From an uncultured delta proteobacterium (lineage in GTDB: Bacteria > Desulfobacterota > Binatia > JACPRU01): a DNA stretch of 64,000 nucleotides. The translations under genes and the position numbers were made by a program. The notes below the pieces were generated by a model. That model was given only the letters and a program-made list of their open reading frames with translations, had not been told where the DNA came from and ran no database searches. Location: positions 32,001-96,000 of the forward strand of contig CAVUWD010000016.1 in NCBI GenBank assembly GCA_963745025.1, read 5' to 3'. Positions within the stretch are counted from its first letter, which is position 1. Each line of letters begins with the position of its first letter. This document shows positions 61,635 through 64,000 of this stretch, piece after piece.

Positions 61635-62012
61635 CTGTACGGCTACCAATCGGTGAACGTCGAGGCCCAGCAACGCTCGGGCTCGTCGCTGCTGTCCTGG
61701 ATGAAGCGGCTGATCGCGCTGGTGAAGCGACATCCGGCATTTCGCCGCGGCAGCTTCGAGATCCTCCAGCCGGCCAACCGCAAGATCTTCGCCTTCGTCC
61801 GGCAGTTCCACGACGACGCGCTGCTCGCCGCCAACAACCTGTCGCGCTTCGCGCAGGCGGTGGAGCTCGATCTCTCCCGCTTCCAGGGATGGACGCCCGT
61901 CGAGCTGTTCGGGGATACGCCGTTCCCGAGGATCGGCGAGCCGCCGTATCTGCTGACGCTAGGCCCGCACGGCTTCTTCTGGTTCAAGCTGGTTCCGCCG
62001 CGGGACGTGTGA
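61635..62012 (+). pseudogene. treS: C-terminal fragment of trehalose synthase
   Basis: YGYQSVNVEAQ..SSLL.W..RLI, NNLSRFAQAVELDL, YLLTLGPHGFFWF; no 5' part. Confidence 0.88.
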
Positions 62013-62045
62013 CTCTAGGAGACGCGGGCTGGCGACGCGGGATCG

Positions 62046-62837
62046 TTAGCCCGAGCGTGAAGTGCGATACTCGGCGATCGCCTTCAGCATGCCGGCCGTC
62101 TCTCGCGGCGTGCGCAGATAGTAGGCGGCCTCGCTCGTGCGCAGCGGGTTCATCACCGCGACGGTGAGGTGGTCCGGGAACGCGCGGAACACGTCCTCGT
62201 CGGTGAGGTCATCGCCGACGAAAGCCAGACCGCCGGCGCCAAGCGCCTGGAATACCTCGCCGATCGCGCGATGTTTGCATGCGCCGAGCGGCCGAGCCTC
62301 GACGACCATGTGGCCGGAGAGACATTCGAGAGGTGCTCCGTCTTCGCGCTCGCGCTCGACTTCGCGCACGAACGCGGTGATGGCCGTGGCGGCACGCGCA
62401 GGCTCGAGGCCCCGCACGTGCAGAGCGATCGAGTGAACCTTGTCCTCGATGCGGCCGCCCGCACCGATCGCGGCGTCGAGGCGCGGGCGCAGCCGCTCGA
62501 GCGCGCGATCGGAGAGCAGCGGATCGAAGCGCAAACGGTGCGGTTCGTCGGCCATCGCCACCTCGAGCCCGTGAAGGCCGATCCAGACGTGCAGCGGGGG
62601 CAGCAAGCGACGCAAGTCCTCGATCGCGCGGCCGCTCGCCACGCCGATGCGGAGACCCGGGCTGGCCTCGGCGAGCAGCCGGCCGAGCGCAATCGCCGCG
62701 GTCGTCTCGAGGCGTGCCGCATCCGGCGTCGGCGCGAACGGGGCGAGGGTGCCGTCGAAGTCCAGCATGAGAAGCGCATCCGGCAGGCGCGCAAAGCGAT
62801 TGAGGACCTCCGGCGCCTCTTCGAGCAGGTGGCGCAT
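62046..62837 (-). CDS. otsB: Trehalose-6-phosphate phosphatase
   Basis: DFDGTL, ASGR, GLHGLE, EDK...ALH.R, GDDLTDED. Confidence 0.92.
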   Translation of the reverse strand: MRHLLEEAPEVLNRFARLPDALLMLDFDGTLAPFAPTPDAARLETTAAIALGRLLAEASPGLRIGVASGRAIEDLRRLLPPLHVWIGLHGLEVAMADEPHRLRFDPLLSDRALERLRPRLDAAIGAGGRIEDKVHSIALHVRGLEPARAATAITAFVREVEREREDGAPLECLSGHMVVEARPLGACKHRAIGEVFQALGAGGLAFVGDDLTDEDVFRAFPDHLTVAVMNPLRTSEAAYYLRTPRETAGMLKAIAEYRTSRSG

Positions 62838-63397
62838 CAGCGACGCGTCGGACGCGCGCGCCGCGCCGTGGGCCCTGCGCGCCTCGTCCGCTTCTTCGCG
62901 GCTCGACCACGGCCGCCGTCCACGGTGGCAGCGGCGGCGAGAAACCATCCGAGCCACCACTGCATGTCTTCGCTCACGACCCGCCGGCGCATCGCGCGCA
63001 TCGCCGTCCGGCGCTCGGTTGGCTTCATCGCCAGGGCGCACTCGATCGCGCGGCACAAACCGTTCACGTCGTAGGGGTTGACGATCAGCGCCTCGCGCAG
63101 CCGCTCGGCGGCGCCGGCGAAGCGCGACAGGATCAGCACGCCGTCCTCGTCCGCGCGCGTCGCGACGAACTCCTGGGCGACGAGGTTCATGCCGTCGCGA
63201 AGCGGCGTCACCAAGAGCGCGTCGGCGGCGCGGTAAAAGACCGCGACCTCGCGCCGGCTGAATCCGTGACAGATGTAGCGCAGCGGCGTCCACTCCACGG
63301 TCGACAGCCGACCCGTGATGCGGCGACGGAACGAGAAGGGTGCGCGGTTGGAGATGATGAGCAACCGCTGGTTGCGTGTCGCCGAGCTCGCCGTCAT
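62837..63397 (-). pseudogene. otsA: Trehalose-6-phosphate synthase with a large in-frame internal deletion
   Basis: N-terminal RLLIISNRAP joined within about 10 codons to C-terminal [32 protein letters not shown]. Confidence 0.88.
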
Positions 63398-63750
63398 GGC
63401 ATTTCGGGAGCCGAGGCCGGCAATGCGAGGTGGCCGACGCGGCACCCGTATTCCGCCGGCGCGCGGCTTCTGCGCCGGATCTCCTGCTGATGCCCGGATT
63501 GTGTCGCTTGCGGACGCCGCGTTCAAGGCATGAAACACGCGATGCTCGCCGAGATCGAAGCCCAAGAACGGAGCCACGAATTGTGAAGCGGTTTGATTAC
63601 GCCTTGGTGCGCAAGCACGGAGAATCTGTTGCTGTTGGCGGGCACGAGCACCGGCAGCGCCGCCGCGAGCAGAAGACCGGCCCACCCACGATGGAGCGCA
63701 AGTCGTCGGTAGTCGCGCCGTGTGGCTTGGGGCATACTGCCGCCAGCGTC

Positions 63751-64000
63751 ATGGCTCGCGCGCCTTCGCTGACTACCCTGAGCGCGACGCTGCGCTCGCT
63801 GCCGAAAGAGGTACGGCTTCTCGCCGCGCTCTTTGCCGCTGCGTTCTGGCTGTGGGCCGTGGTGCTCCTCGTCGCCACCATCGGCTATGCGCGCATTCAG
63901 AAGTTCGACGAGCGCGTCTTGCTGTGGTTCCGCAATCCCACCGACCTCTCGGTGCCGATCGGCCCCGAGTGGCTGCTCGGCGCCGCCAGAGAGATCACCG
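63751..64000 (+). CDS. Probable PAP2-family phosphatase (3' end outside window)
   Basis: TM segment, then FDERVLLWFRNP.D..PIGPEWL..AAREIT. Confidence 0.7.
   Translation, partial: MARAPSLTTLSATLRSLPKEVRLLAALFAAAFWLWAVVLLVATIGYARIQKFDERVLLWFRNPTDLSVPIGPEWLLGAAREIT

Overview
GC-rich bacterial window. The gene content suggests a Deltaproteobacteria-like lineage such as Ca. Binatia, but this is inference only. From left to right: a beta-gamma fused 2-oxoacid:ferredoxin oxidoreductase and a nitroreductase pair; tRNA-Arg(ACG) followed by a decayed accessory region (cyclase, IS21 and other gene relics, plus an ECF sigma/NrsF pair); a surface-glycosylation locus (sigma54-motif collagen-like gene, two GT-C-type membrane proteins, and reverse-transcriptase and DUF262 relics); pntAA-pntAB-pntB; a CoA-dependent catabolic cluster with three sigma54 motifs; a multicopper oxidase and a thiolase; a type IV pilus/pseudopilin locus (pilB, fimT-pilV-pilW-pilX, GspG-domain gene) with about nine intact or broken toxin-antitoxin modules; an RNase Z-like gene, panB-panC, smpB and manC; tmRNA; and a decaying trehalose locus. 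Main unexplained structures: (1) the TA cassettes lie between diverged direct repeats copied from neighbouring gene ends (the pilB end occurs four times), with no recombinase in view; (2) a family of 22-bp hairpin repeats flanks panBC, with a filled and an empty insertion site; (3) a degenerate RT converges on a truncated collagen-like gene. Many single-base frameshifts look like long-read errors. All family assignments are from motif recognition, not database searches.
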